A stretch of 64,000 nt of DNA from an uncultured Gammaproteobacteria bacterium (GCA_964536205.1 CAZHVT010000005.1:24076-88075); one strand, 5' to 3'. Shown: positions 9,410 to 19,626, counted from the first letter of the stretch. The notes: generated from the sequence alone by a model not told the origin. A program made the numbers and translations.

Positions 9410-10535
9410 GTATCCAATTTGTTAATTGTTGTGCGCGTGTTTCCCATGTTTTTCGTTTCACATACGATTGCGCTGTTTGTATTTTTTGTTCTGATGGGTT
9501 TGCAAGCGTTTCCATGATTGTCTGTGCTAATTGTGATGCTTTATCAGGTTCTGAAAATTCTACCATAGATTCATCTACAATATCTCGAATAGCTGGAAGG
9601 TCTGTTGCAACGATTGGTTTTCCTGTTGCCATGTACTCGAATAATTTTAATGGTGATGATTCATACATCCCGATTTGGAATTTGCCGGATGTCGGGATTA
9701 CGAACATGTCAGCACAAGCGACATAGTGTAGCATGTCCGCTCGTTGTTTGAAACCTGTTAATTGTACACGGTCTAATTGCTCGCGATCAATGAAATCTTG
9801 CATCTTTTCCACATCTTCTGGTGTTCCTCCCACCAAAATCACACGTATATTCTGATTGAGAAAGCGAGAGGCTCGAGCGAGTGCGTATACACCCTTCCAT
9901 TCAAATAAGTGGCCTGTGTATACAACGTATTTATATTCTGGCGATAATCCTGTTTCGCGGTATGCGAGAGTTTTTTCTGGAAGCTCCTCAAAAACTTGTG
10001 TGTCTACTCCGTGATGAGCGATTGTCATAGCTGCTTTTTCCAGCCCAAATGTTTCTGAAAGCTGATCTCGTTTCCATGTATTTGTTGCGACGACATACTT
10101 CACTCCACCGAACATTAATTTATTCAAGAGTGTTTTTTTGGGGGCATCATGAACTTCATAGCACCAGTCTGGCACAAACCGACCAATTGCGAATGTTGAG
10201 AATGGATCTCGTGAATATACAATTCCTTTTTTGAGTTTTCCTAGATTGAAAAGTAGGCCGATCGTGAATGAAAGTGTGTTGACCCAATACGCCATTTTGC
10301 GCGGCATCCATTTTATCGGGAAGAGATCAATAACAGGAATTCGTTTGATGGTGAAATTTGGTTTGAGATTGTAATACACAAATGGATCTTCGTTGCTATC
10401 TGTTTTCCGATTTGGAACGTAGAGTGTCACATCATTTTCATTGTTCGCAAAAGCCTGACACATACGCATGATCTGCCATGCATGTGCGCGGTTAGATGGA
10501 AGCCTCATATTCGCTATGTAACTTATCTTTTTCAT
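9399..10535 (-). CDS. GT4 glycosyltransferase
   Basis: YTGHLFEWKG, SPLKLFEYMATGKPIVATD. Confidence 0.9.
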   Translation of the reverse strand: MKKISYIANMRLPSNRAHAWQIMRMCQAFANNENDVTLYVPNRKTDSNEDPFVYYNLKPNFTIKRIPVIDLFPIKWMPRKMAYWVNTLSFTIGLLFNLGKLKKGIVYSRDPFSTFAIGRFVPDWCYEVHDAPKKTLLNKLMFGGVKYVVATNTWKRDQLSETFGLEKAAMTIAHHGVDTQVFEELPEKTLAYRETGLSPEYKYVVYTGHLFEWKGVYALARASRFLNQNIRVILVGGTPEDVEKMQDFIDREQLDRVQLTGFKQRADMLHYVACADMFVIPTSGKFQIGMYESSPLKLFEYMATGKPIVATDLPAIRDIVDESMVEFSEPDKASQLAQTIMETLANPSEQKIQTAQSYVKRKTWETRAQQLTNWIHAK

Positions 10536-10563
10536 TTCTTCTAGTTAGTGCTTTTTAATAACT

Positions 10564-10653
10564 CGTAATGAGTAAAGCGTAATGCGTACTGAGGGAAGCC
10601 TCCGGCTTTGTCGCCTTCGGCGACCGCTTTACGTGTTACGCTTTACTCGTTAC
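10564..10653. repeat. Heptamer-repeat hairpin E5 with two internal mini-hairpins (AAGCC-tcc-GGCTT, GTCGCC-ttc-GGCGAC)
   Basis: Same units as E4; read directly. Confidence 0.9.
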
Positions 10654-11274
10654 TCATTTTTTTAGCTTAAAAAAATGCTTAGTTGGTACGTCTGCCGGAA
10701 CCATATCTGACTCAATGGTGAATCCAGCATCTTCTAAATCTTTTCTTACTTTTTTCAGTGAGTGTCCTCGCTTCCCGATTTCCCAGTAATGTTGTCCATC
10801 GAATTCATGGATTTTTCCTGATGGGATTTTTACAAACAAATCTTTCCATCCAACTTTTGGAATGTGGAATCCAGCCTTGAATAGTGTTTTGCGAGAATCT
10901 GGAACTGAAATCATCGCACCCTTCGCGCACACTCTGTGAATTTCTCGCATGGCTTGTTTAGCATCTTCGTATGGAAGATGTTCGATTATTTGTCCCGCCA
11001 AAACTACATCATATGTATTGTCACCTGCTGGGATATCTGTAACTGATCCGAGGATATCTGGTTTCAATTCTTCATCAATATCAATTGTTGTGACGTGCAC
11101 TCCTTGTCTTACTAAATAGTTTCTCACAAGTGCGTTTCCCAATCCAACCTCAAGTACGGTTTCAGGTTTGAAACTCATCACCAATTGAATTTGATACCAA
11201 TACGACAACCACCGAGCTTTGTGGTCATATTTCATGTTATAGTGGCTTTTTGATACTTGAACCTGCTCTTGCAT
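10654..11274 (-). CDS. Class I SAM-dependent methyltransferase
   Basis: VLEVGLGN, IIEHLPY, FDGQHYWEIG. Confidence 0.85.
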   Translation of the reverse strand: MQEQVQVSKSHYNMKYDHKARWLSYWYQIQLVMSFKPETVLEVGLGNALVRNYLVRQGVHVTTIDIDEELKPDILGSVTDIPAGDNTYDVVLAGQIIEHLPYEDAKQAMREIHRVCAKGAMISVPDSRKTLFKAGFHIPKVGWKDLFVKIPSGKIHEFDGQHYWEIGKRGHSLKKVRKDLEDAGFTIESDMVPADVPTKHFFKLKK

Positions 11275-11283
11275 AATTTAGAG

Positions 11284-11312
11284 ATTATATGCGCATTGTC
11301 TCATATTGTCAA
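11284..11312 (-). promoter_or_regulatory. Consensus sigma70 promoter, near-leaderless
   Basis: TTGACA-17 nt-TATAAT; ATG at 11274 lies 9 nt after the -10 box. Confidence 0.85.
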
Positions 11313-11314
11313 TC

Positions 11315-11377
11315 AAAAAAACCGCACTAGATTGAGCGGTTTTTGGAAAAGAAAAAGCCGAACCACGTAGGTTCGGC
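11315..11377 (-). terminator. Two tandem intrinsic terminators downstream of the DUF3228-like gene
   Basis: GCCGAACC-loop-GGTTCGGC-TTTTT and AAAAACCGC-loop-GCGGTTTTTTT. Confidence 0.75.
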
Positions 11378-11436
11378 CCCATTCCGATTGACGCCACATT
11401 GAAGTGTTCGTAATGGGAATGTAGAACAGGAGATAT

Positions 11437-11970
11437 TTAGCCAGCCATCACGCGGGTCGACCAGTGGACGATCGCGAGTGCGAATTCCTCGGCGGTGTAA
11501 TCCGCTTTGGTGCCACCTTCCAACTCGAGGAAGTTGCGTGCCATGGCCATCGGAGTCATTGGTTCTTCACCCTCGACCGCGCATGCACGGATCATGACCA
11601 ACTCGTAGTCCGCATCGTCGGTTGTGGCGTCTTTACCCAGGGATTCGCGTGAGTAAATGATCAGGTCGACTTGCTTTGCCGCTGCTTTCGTTGCTCCGAC
11701 CGCAACAGTTTGCAAGTGAGAAGCCTCTCCCTCTCTGCGTGGCTCGAAGGTTGTCTTCAGCTCCGTTTCTGACGTTACTTCGACGACCCCGCAGAAGAAG
11801 CCTTCCGGGAGCACTGAGATCAAGAACGATCCTGGCTTATCGCCCGGCCTGGCCTTGTCAAAATTCTCGTTAATCATCAAAAGTAGATGATTCATGTCTC
11901 CTTCGTAGTGCGAGAATTTGGAGTCGGCCGTTTGACGGCGTACAAAATCGTTGAGTGCAATTTCAATCAC
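11437..11970 (-). CDS. DUF3228-like protein
   Basis: DLIIYSRESL and EPMTPMAMARNFL..EGG..W resemble the DUF3228 motifs as recalled; AAGGAG SD before the GTG start. Confidence 0.65.
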   Translation of the reverse strand: MIEIALNDFVRRQTADSKFSHYEGDMNHLLLMINENFDKARPGDKPGSFLISVLPEGFFCGVVEVTSETELKTTFEPRREGEASHLQTVAVGATKAAAKQVDLIIYSRESLGKDATTDDADYELVMIRACAVEGEEPMTPMAMARNFLELEGGTKADYTAEEFALAIVHWSTRVMAG

Positions 11971-12013
11971 TGGAAGCTCCTTCGGGGAAAATTCAATGAA
12001 AAACTATGGTGCA

Positions 12014-12042
12014 ATAGTATCATAAATATCCCTTTTTGTCAA
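12014..12042 (-). promoter_or_regulatory. sigma70 promoter of the DUF3228-like gene
   Basis: TTGACA-17 nt-TACTAT. Confidence 0.75.
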
Positions 12043-12131
12043 CCCTCTCGACCGCTTAAATAACGGAAATTTGTGAATTTGTCTCTATTTAGATGAATAA
12101 AACTGTAAGACTATTTACAACTATTATTACC

Positions 12132-12908
12132 CTAAATAAAGCGTTTTCCTTGTTTTTTGAGCCATTTGTTGTCGTTGCGGGTTGGGAGTGAGAAGTAGGA
12201 TTGTTCGCGATTTGGGTATTTTGGATAGGGTCCTTTTGTCTGTACAAGATCCAGAGCATCCCACATCATTTTGGGGAAATCTTTGTAAACTTGTGTGTAC
12301 GCATCTGCAACTGTTTCAAAATTTTGTTTGTAGATATGCTGGAGGATCATGGTTCCCTTGTCGATTTCTTTGTCCATGAAATGAATGGTCACACCTACTT
12401 TTTGCTTGCCTTCAAGTAGTGTCCAGAAAACTGGCATCAATCCTCTGTATGATGGCAGTGGTCCGGCGTGTTTATTTATGACGCCGATTTTCGGCGCGTC
12501 CAGAATTTTCTTTTTGAAAATGTAACCGCATGTTGAGAGGATGATGTCTGCGTCGAGCTCTTTTATGCGATTAATGACTTGTTGCTTATTTGGATTTGAG
12601 TGTTTTTCAAATGCTGCGGAATGTCGATGTGCGAGATCTTTGTATGAATGTGGGCCGTCTGTGAAATATCTTTTGAATGTTGCGACGGTTGTGATCCAAA
12701 TTAATTTTAGAACTGTGAAAATTCCAAATGTTTTGAGATAGTAGAGCGGAACTTTCAGCCCCTTGTGTTTTCCAAGCAGATTTGGAAACACAAAAATTCC
12801 AACTACGTGATAGTTTTCTTCTGAATCTAAAAATTTCTTCCATGCGGGGAATAGAAATGCGTAGTCTTGTTCAGTGAAGATGACGACTTTTAATTTATCC
12901 TTGGGCAT
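12132..12908 (-). CDS. Formyltransferase family protein (glycan/sugar N-formylation)
   Basis: INKHAGPLPSYRG..PVFW, GVTIHFMDKEIDKG. Confidence 0.85.
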   Translation of the reverse strand: MPKDKLKVVIFTEQDYAFLFPAWKKFLDSEENYHVVGIFVFPNLLGKHKGLKVPLYYLKTFGIFTVLKLIWITTVATFKRYFTDGPHSYKDLAHRHSAAFEKHSNPNKQQVINRIKELDADIILSTCGYIFKKKILDAPKIGVINKHAGPLPSYRGLMPVFWTLLEGKQKVGVTIHFMDKEIDKGTMILQHIYKQNFETVADAYTQVYKDFPKMMWDALDLVQTKGPYPKYPNREQSYFSLPTRNDNKWLKKQGKRFI

Positions 12909-13854
12909 ACTTTTTTTCTTTGAGAATATCTTCGGCTACCTCGCGGACAGTTGTCAATTTTGCGTTTGCAGACATTGTTTTGATCACTGATTCGAATAAG
13001 TACATTTTCTTTTCGAGCGAGTCTGACATGCGCTCAAAAACTGCGAGTTCATCTTTGTATTCTTTTACAATTTCAGGATCGAAATCTTCTTCGTAATTTG
13101 CAATATCTGCAGGATGCATGATGTAGTAGAATCCGTCTTTTTTCATTACTTGTTTTAACGCCCAGAGATGGAATTTGAGAGGCCACATAAACGCCATAGT
13201 GTGCCAGACAGGAAGTCGTAGAGGCGTGACTGTTGGAACGGGCAACATAAGCAATCCCTCTGAATTTGGTTTGTGTAATTTTTCTGGTCGAATTAAGTAT
13301 GGTTTTCTTGTCCCATATAACAATACCCTCTTGTCATTTCGTGACATGAAGTTTGCATCGAATTTCTGATCTGTGCGTGAATTGAATTTCAGTTTTGCAA
13401 TTGCAGCTAACATTATTGGCGATGGAAATGCTGAAGTGTCATAGATGTATCCTAGATCAAGCAATGTTTGAATGGATGTTGGACTCATGCTCCATGTTGG
13501 AGAAATGTATCCTTTTGGTTCTTCTCCGATCACTTGGGTGATTCGCTCATGAGTTTTCATTATTTCATCTTTTTGTTTTTGCGGTTCTGTTGCGCCGAGA
13601 TTTCCATGATGCGTCCATGAATGATTTCCGATTTCATGTCCTGCTTCATGCCATTTTTTCACTTGATCGGCAACTTTTTCATTTTCCAAATCTCTCCCAA
13701 TCACATAAATAGAAAATTTGAAATCGTATTTTTCTGACATCCTAAAGAACCGATCTGCAACTTTAAAAAAAGTCGGATCTAAATTTCTCTTCCGATCAAT
13801 TGAAAGCGGAAAGTATAGTGAGTCAAAATTTACATTGAGTGCAACCTTCTTCAT
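12895..13854 (-). CDS. Polysaccharide deacetylase family protein
   Basis: NVNFD, GHEIGNHSWTH, GYISPTWS, YDTS, MHPAD. Start 13854 overlaps the upstream TGA (ATGA). Confidence 0.85.
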   Translation of the reverse strand: MKKVALNVNFDSLYFPLSIDRKRNLDPTFFKVADRFFRMSEKYDFKFSIYVIGRDLENEKVADQVKKWHEAGHEIGNHSWTHHGNLGATEPQKQKDEIMKTHERITQVIGEEPKGYISPTWSMSPTSIQTLLDLGYIYDTSAFPSPIMLAAIAKLKFNSRTDQKFDANFMSRNDKRVLLYGTRKPYLIRPEKLHKPNSEGLLMLPVPTVTPLRLPVWHTMAFMWPLKFHLWALKQVMKKDGFYYIMHPADIANYEEDFDPEIVKEYKDELAVFERMSDSLEKKMYLFESVIKTMSANAKLTTVREVAEDILKEKKYAQG

Positions 13855-16355
13855 ATAATTTTGTAGATGTCTACTTGTCCTTCGCTGTACACGCGCTCGA
13901 TGTTCTCCCATTCATCTGGATTGAAATTTCCCAGGAATTTTTCGTGTGGGCCGTTGTAGATGTAATTCGCTTGGTACGGAAGTTTTACAGAACCAGAAAG
14001 TTTTATCGCATCGTAACTATCTCGAATTTGCTGTGCTTCTTTTTCTGGAAGTGTGCGCTCGCTTCCGGAGTTTGTGTAATCTTTTCCGTAGCGCGTTCGC
14101 AATGTATCACAAAACAATGTGTAGATATTGTCGAGATCAATGGCACGGACTGGATTTTCAAATTCGTCGTATGAACCTGTGAGTGTGTTGTCTGTCATGT
14201 CTTGTGATACTCGGAAAAGGTGTCGTGCGTAGTTGTATCGCTCAATTACTTCATCATGACCTGCAACTGTGTAACATGCAAGTGGAACATATACATTCGC
14301 ATGAGTGAAAAACGGTGTATAAGTGCTTGTGCGTGTTGATGGTGAAATAATCACACTATCCTTATCTACATTCTCATTCATCCATGCAAATGAATTTTGT
14401 ATGTCTTGTGGGATGACGTAGCGAGCGGCGTTTGTGCGGCGCTCGTTGAGATGTACGTGAAACGCACTTCCCAGCAACAATATAATAACCGCCAGCATGG
14501 TAAGTCGTTCCGCTTTTTTCCAATCTCGATTCGGTTTAATTTTGTGATAGATGAAATATGCAACTATTCCAATCACCCACACCAACATATAGACATTCAC
14601 GCGTGATCCCCAATGGTCCGGTTGTGGGTTAAATCCAAGCAGCAACTGAAGATTTAGTACGATACCAATTGGAAGTAATGCTCCGGCCAGAAAAATAACT
14701 TTGTCTTTTTGTTTTATTGTCCACGCAGCTAGAGCGATTATAATCAGTGTTGCGATAATTGTTTTTGCTGAGGCTGGGTCGAACTCTCTTCCAAAAACTA
14801 ATCCCACTCGTTCTGACATCGAGGCATAATATGATTGTGCTTGCAGTCCGTACGTTTTGAGAAGATATGGGATTGCAACTATTAATCCTATGACTCCCAC
14901 GAGAAATGTCTCTTTTGCTCGCTTTCTGAAAAATAGAAATGTAGTGATGAGTATTGTTGTGAATGCTGCAAAAACTGCGTAGTAGAAATATACGTAGAAT
15001 AATGCACCGAGTAATAACCCTGCTTTCGTGATGTCTTTTTGCTTCATGTCTACGACAACGCGGTACAAAAAGTACATGAAGGCAAACCACAGAATTATTC
15101 CTGGCGAAGGAATGAAGCTTCTCGTGAATGCTGGGTCAAATGCTGTTGCGACGAATTTGAATGGATGGAAAAGTGATGGATTTGAAATTGCAGCCCGAAT
15201 TGCAATTAGTATGTTTGGAAATATTGTGGTGACAAGCGCAAGCAGTACAGCAGGGGTTTGTCGTTTATCACATATGCGGTATGTCAGTTTGTAGAGCATG
15301 AGAAATGCAAGGGGTGGAAAGATGATAGAATACAACAGAAATAGGTTTGTTGGGTCTGTGATACCGAAAATCAGTCCTGGCAATCCAAGAATGAATGCAA
15401 GTGCGATATTGCCCCATGCGGTTTTGTTGTTTTTGTATTCAGCGAGATATGCGTCCCCGTCTGCGAGATGGCCGTCGAAAACTTCGCGCATGCGTGTGCC
15501 ATAGGCTGCGACGTCATCTAGAACTGGTACATTAAGAGAGTATGGATGATATCCTTCGATTCCTGCTTGGGCTTGCCATTGCGGGATGAGGAAGTGTGGA
15601 AGTGCGTAGAGCGCAAGGATTGCAAGTGCTACGATCCATGCTAATTTATCTTTTTTTTTAGACTTTAATCGCCATCCAAACACTCGTGAAAGTAATTTTA
15701 CGTGACGAGGAATTTCTTTTTTGTAGTTGAGTTTTGATGATCCGAATTCTCTATTTCCGATTGGTGTGGGGATTTCCACATAGCGTGATCCATCAAAATG
15801 CATTTTAAAAAACAATTCTGTTGGGGTGTCGAAACTTGTTGTTTCGAGTTTTACTCGTTTTGCAGCTTCTGCATCCATGATTCTGAAAATAGAACTGATC
15901 CCATGTACGCGGGTTCCAGCTGCAAGTGAGTATGCGAGATTTGCAGCTTTACTCACTCCTACGCGCCATTTCGGAATATCATCTGCATAGCCCGCTAATC
16001 CATGTGAACCAATCACCGCCTCCACATCACCCTGCTCATAGCGCTCCTTCAAATCACGGATGTATTTAGGATGGAATGTCATGTCAGAATCTAACAGCAC
16101 AATTTGATCTCCTTGCGCGTGTGCTATTCCTGTTCGTATAGCAGCACCTAATCCACCATTTTTCGCATGCTGAACCACACGAAGATTTTCTACATCACTT
16201 GCATATAGTCGTGCTTGGGTTTCATCTGTACTTCCATCATCAATCACCACAACCTCATAATCAAGATCCAGAGCTTTGAGCTCTGGTTCTAAAATCGTCT
16301 TTAAACCTGGGATATTGTCTTCTTCGTTGTAACAAGGAATGACAATACTGATCAT
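13851..16355 (-). CDS. Fusion: GT2 (DPM-like) + multi-TM GT-C-like domain
   Basis: ISIVIPCYNEE, IDDGSTD, LDSD, then a TM domain sharing LNLQLLLGFNP and NYIYNGPHEK with 6538..8385. Confidence 0.8.
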   Translation of the reverse strand: MISIVIPCYNEEDNIPGLKTILEPELKALDLDYEVVVIDDGSTDETQARLYASDVENLRVVQHAKNGGLGAAIRTGIAHAQGDQIVLLDSDMTFHPKYIRDLKERYEQGDVEAVIGSHGLAGYADDIPKWRVGVSKAANLAYSLAAGTRVHGISSIFRIMDAEAAKRVKLETTSFDTPTELFFKMHFDGSRYVEIPTPIGNREFGSSKLNYKKEIPRHVKLLSRVFGWRLKSKKKDKLAWIVALAILALYALPHFLIPQWQAQAGIEGYHPYSLNVPVLDDVAAYGTRMREVFDGHLADGDAYLAEYKNNKTAWGNIALAFILGLPGLIFGITDPTNLFLLYSIIFPPLAFLMLYKLTYRICDKRQTPAVLLALVTTIFPNILIAIRAAISNPSLFHPFKFVATAFDPAFTRSFIPSPGIILWFAFMYFLYRVVVDMKQKDITKAGLLLGALFYVYFYYAVFAAFTTILITTFLFFRKRAKETFLVGVIGLIVAIPYLLKTYGLQAQSYYASMSERVGLVFGREFDPASAKTIIATLIIIALAAWTIKQKDKVIFLAGALLPIGIVLNLQLLLGFNPQPDHWGSRVNVYMLVWVIGIVAYFIYHKIKPNRDWKKAERLTMLAVIILLLGSAFHVHLNERRTNAARYVIPQDIQNSFAWMNENVDKDSVIISPSTRTSTYTPFFTHANVYVPLACYTVAGHDEVIERYNYARHLFRVSQDMTDNTLTGSYDEFENPVRAIDLDNIYTLFCDTLRTRYGKDYTNSGSERTLPEKEAQQIRDSYDAIKLSGSVKLPYQANYIYNGPHEKFLGNFNPDEWENIERVYSEGQVDIYKII

Positions 16356-17017
16356 ACGTTCTTTGCTTTTACAATGAGACATGTTGTCCCATGCGATCGT
16401 TTAAATTCATCGATTGCAAAACCTGCTTTTTCTAAATCTGCGATGAGTGTTTTTTTATTGTAATCGCGCAAATGCGCTTCCTCCCAAACTTTTCCTTTTG
16501 TCTTCAACCACAACCACCAAATTACTTGAAATACTACATGATGTTCTTCGACAACAAATACAATGAAACTTCCGCCGGGCTTGAGGACGCGTTTTACCTC
16601 AGAGAGTGTTTTTTCTAAATCCACGACATGCTCGATGACATCCAACATGGTTACAGCATCAAAAGAGTTTTCTTCAAATGGAAGTGCTTCTGCTGGAGCA
16701 TGCGCAAACGTAAATTGTGGACGTTCTCGTTTCGCGTATGCAATGTGATGTTCCGCAACATCTGCGCCAGCATAGTGAATGTCTGGACGAGCTTTTGCGT
16801 AATGGCCCAAGGAAAATCCTGATGAACATCCTACATCCAAAACTTTTCCTGCTTCTGGCACATCTGCAAGCATGCGATTCACATGCTTGAAACGCATATC
16901 GTAATACAATTTTTGTACTCGATTATTTGCATATGAATCATCCCAGTATGTAGCTGGAACTTGTTCGTAGATTTCTTCGAGTTGTTCTTTTGTGTATGTG
17001 TGTTCGTGTTCTCCCAT
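16352..17017 (-). CDS. Class I SAM-dependent methyltransferase
   Basis: VLDVGCSSG, LPFEENSFDAV, DVIEHV, RVLKPGG. Confidence 0.9.
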   Translation of the reverse strand: MGEHEHTYTKEQLEEIYEQVPATYWDDSYANNRVQKLYYDMRFKHVNRMLADVPEAGKVLDVGCSSGFSLGHYAKARPDIHYAGADVAEHHIAYAKRERPQFTFAHAPAEALPFEENSFDAVTMLDVIEHVVDLEKTLSEVKRVLKPGGSFIVFVVEEHHVVFQVIWWLWLKTKGKVWEEAHLRDYNKKTLIADLEKAGFAIDEFKRSHGTTCLIVKAKNV

Positions 17018-17021
17018 ATTT

Positions 17022-17735
17022 TTACGCAAGGGTTTTTTCTTTAGCGACCATCAATTGTTCTTTTTCAAATCTGATAAGATCTGCATGTCTATCACCTTTC
17101 TTATAGACGCCGCGGCGAAGATATTGTGTTGGGCCAACCCATGCATCTTTTTGGATGAACATTCCTGGCTCGAGAACTGCATTACATCCTACTTTTACAT
17201 CGTCCCCTAGAATTGCTCCGAATTTTGTCATTCCTGTCGTCGTGTTTCCTGCAGGAACTTCTTTTGCATCCAATCTGAAGTTTGCCAAAATTACACCTGC
17301 TCCAATATTTGATCGCGCACCCATGATACAATCACCGATAAAATTAAAGTGCGGCGCACATGCGTAATCAAGCATGATGGTGTTTTTTGCTTCCGTACAA
17401 TGTCCGATGATTGATCGCTCCCCGAGAATTGTAAGACCTCGAATGTATGCACCTGTTCCCACAATTGCTCGTGGTCCGATGTAACATGGCCCTTCAATGT
17501 ATGCAGTTGGTTCAATCTTCGCGTCTTTCGCGATGATTACATCTCCTTTGATAATTGCTTGATCAGAAATGTTTCCTTGGTGCCATTGATCTTTTGGGGT
17601 TTCAGAAAAAAGTTTTTCTAAGTATTTTTCCGAGTTGTTAAAAGCTTCCCACACAAATTCTGTTCCTTCGAATAGTTCTTTGTGCATGTAGTTTGAGAGG
17701 TCGAAGTATTGTGATGCTGCGAATTCGTTTGTCAT
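17022..17735 (-). CDS. Left-handed beta-helix (GlmU C-terminal-like) acetyltransferase
   Basis: Hexapeptide repeats; HFNFIGDCIMG..SNIGAG.ILAN.R.D; KFGAILGD. Confidence 0.8.
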   Translation of the reverse strand: MTNEFAASQYFDLSNYMHKELFEGTEFVWEAFNNSEKYLEKLFSETPKDQWHQGNISDQAIIKGDVIIAKDAKIEPTAYIEGPCYIGPRAIVGTGAYIRGLTILGERSIIGHCTEAKNTIMLDYACAPHFNFIGDCIMGARSNIGAGVILANFRLDAKEVPAGNTTTGMTKFGAILGDDVKVGCNAVLEPGMFIQKDAWVGPTQYLRRGVYKKGDRHADLIRFEKEQLMVAKEKTLA

Positions 17736-17749
17736 AATGTGTTTATTAA

Positions 17750-17806
17750 CTTCGTGGAATTACGATTTTAGTAACGCTCACGTCGCTTACGCGACTTTGA
17801 GCAGCT
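17750..17806 (-). repeat. Structured motif copy 1: AGCTGCT-stem-loop-AGCGTTACTAAAATCG-N7-ACGAAG
   Basis: Shares an exact 16-mer and both flanks with 28348..28403. Confidence 0.7.
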
Positions 17807-17813
17807 GTGCTAT

Positions 17814-18365
17814 TTACTCTGTGCAGGTCACACCAAGGTGTGGACGCGCGAGTGCCCATGCCGCGAGTGTCATCCCATCATCCATTTTCCCCTCTGCGAT
17901 CATGCGATCGAATTCTTCTGGTGAGAATGACAGTTCTGAAATCTGCTCTGTCTCTTCTAGGTTTTGTGCTGTCTTTTCAATCCCCTTGGCCACAAACACT
18001 TTGCAAATTTCATCCGTCACACCGTTCATCGGACAAAACTCCCCCACCTCTTTGATCTCTTGCGCTGTGTATCCCAACTCTTCCTCTAGCTCCTGTCGCG
18101 CTGCTTCCTCATACGTTTTGCCTTCATCCACGCCGCCACCTGCAAATTCGTATGACATGCGATCAGTGAGGTATCGATATTGATGACCAATGAGGATGCT
18201 TCCATCTGGCAATACTGGAATTACAAACGCTGATCCTTTTGTGTGCACGTACCAATAATCCCCCTCTTTGCCACTGGGCATGGTGAATTTTTTGTGCATG
18301 AATGTCGTCCATGGTGTTTTGAAAAACACCTCTTTTGATAAGGTTTTGTATGCTGGTTTTTCCAT
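17814..18365 (-). CDS. NUDIX hydrolase (ADP-ribose/NDP-sugar pyrophosphatase-like)
   Basis: Nudix box GGVDEGKTYEEAARQELEEELG; QYRY. Confidence 0.9.
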   Translation of the reverse strand: MEKPAYKTLSKEVFFKTPWTTFMHKKFTMPSGKEGDYWYVHTKGSAFVIPVLPDGSILIGHQYRYLTDRMSYEFAGGGVDEGKTYEEAARQELEEELGYTAQEIKEVGEFCPMNGVTDEICKVFVAKGIEKTAQNLEETEQISELSFSPEEFDRMIAEGKMDDGMTLAAWALARPHLGVTCTE

Positions 18366-18391
18366 AGATTTGAATGGATTAATTGTTCGAT

Positions 18392-18442
18392 AGAATAGCA
18401 TGAGATGCGTCTTTTGACAACATGTACAAATATACCTAAAAT
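18392..18442. promoter_or_regulatory. Overlapping divergent sigma70 promoters sharing one TTGACAA -35 site
   Basis: + strand: TTGACA(18414)-17-TAAAAT, 8 nt before ATG 18451. - strand: TTGTCA(18420)-17-TATTCT toward NUDIX. Confidence 0.7.
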
Positions 18443-18450
18443 AGCCGACT

Positions 18451-19482
18451 ATGTCATTTATTTCCCGGTGGAAAGCTGCGCTGAAAACAGCTGAAGGAAA
18501 ATTTTTTGTTTTTTTGATTTCTGGATTTGTTGTTTTCTCGATCCTGATTCTTGCCGGAGCTTTTCTTGTTGATCCACATGAGGATTTCGGAACTGGGTTG
18601 ATTGATCCGCTTGTTTTGACGAATCGATCTGAAAAACTCGAGATGATTGAAGCGCTTGATGAGAATCCGGAGATTCTTATATTTGGATCTTCTCGGACAT
18701 TTACTATTGATCCTGATCATATTTTTGAGTTGACTGGCAGGCGTGCATTTAATGCGTCTGTTTCATATGGACGCAGTGAGGATCATAATGCAATCATTCA
18801 TTTTTTGACGCAGGAGCGTGCAGTGCATCCTGAAACACTCGTGATTGGATTTTCTGCTGGAGCGTTTAATGATGATCCGATTGAAACGCAATTACTGAAT
18901 AATAAGTATTTGAAATCATATCTAGCAGAACCACCTACTCCATTGTGGAAACGTGCGCCGCGTATTTTGAAGAGTAAATTGAATGGGCAGTATGTTGGGG
19001 ATATATTTCGGTCGTTGTTTTTCCATGCGTCAGGATTTCCGGCGGATCGTGTAAGCTTTTTGCCTAATGGTATGCAGGATACTCACGATAGTCCGTATGA
19101 TGCAATTAAAATTGATGAGAATTATTACCGAGCGCTCGCATTGTTTGAAAATATGTCTGAACCAAATTGGGATCGGCTTGAAGCGTTCCGTTCGCTAGTA
19201 AGATATTCTATCGATAACAATTTTGAAGTGAACGTGGTATTATTGCCTATGCCGTCTGTGACGCGCGCGCGATTGATTGAGGATACTGATTTGATTGCAA
19301 TTGAAGAACGCTTAAAAGTTTTGTTTACTGATGAGATGCCAGATAATGTGACGTTTTATGATTTTTCTGAAGTAGATAGTTTTGGTGGATCTGAAGAAGG
19401 ATTCAATGATCCAACACATCCGAATATTGCGAATACCAGATTAATAACCGAAGCGATATTTGGTGATCGTCCCAGCCCTTAG
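18451..19482 (+). CDS. Membrane-anchored SGNH/DltD/AlgJ-like partner of MBOAT
   Basis: N-terminal TM, IFGSSR, FNASV, FNDPTHPN (DxxH); adjacent to the MBOAT gene. Confidence 0.7.
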   Translation: MSFISRWKAALKTAEGKFFVFLISGFVVFSILILAGAFLVDPHEDFGTGLIDPLVLTNRSEKLEMIEALDENPEILIFGSSRTFTIDPDHIFELTGRRAFNASVSYGRSEDHNAIIHFLTQERAVHPETLVIGFSAGAFNDDPIETQLLNNKYLKSYLAEPPTPLWKRAPRILKSKLNGQYVGDIFRSLFFHASGFPADRVSFLPNGMQDTHDSPYDAIKIDENYYRALALFENMSEPNWDRLEAFRSLVRYSIDNNFEVNVVLLPMPSVTRARLIEDTDLIAIEERLKVLFTDEMPDNVTFYDFSEVDSFGGSEEGFNDPTHPNIANTRLITEAIFGDRPSP

Positions 19483-19484
19483 AC

Positions 19485-19553
19485 TGTCATCCCGGCGCAG
19501 GCCGGGATCCATGCTGATGAGCAAGATGGATCCCGGCCTGCGCCGGGATGATA
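19485..19553. repeat. Inverted doublet of (C)GTC-tagged REP-like palindromes
   Basis: TCATCCCGGCGCAGGCCGGGATCCAT (19487-19512) and its perfect reverse complement (19526-19551). Confidence 0.85.
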
Positions 19554-19591
19554 CTTCGATCAGCTGCGCAGCAGTCCAAAAAGCGAAGCGC

Positions 19592-19626
19592 ATACCAGAT
19601 ACCAGATACTAGATACCAAATACCAT
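19592..19626 (+). repeat. Heptamer array (ATACCAG-like)5 ending 2 nt before the MBOAT ATG
   Basis: ATACCAG ATACCAG ATACTAG ATACCAA ATACCAT tt ATG. Confidence 0.9.

Noticed and set aside
4402-10653. Intergenic repeats as a CRISPR array or integron attC sites
   Set aside because: No repeat-spacer periodicity and no cas genes; no integrase and no consistent RYYYAAC/GTTRRRY boxes; the units are 7-bp tandems.
17750-17806. Canonical JUMPstart/ops element or a known ribozyme
   Set aside because: No GGCGGTAG core; no hammerhead, twister or pistol core recognisable.
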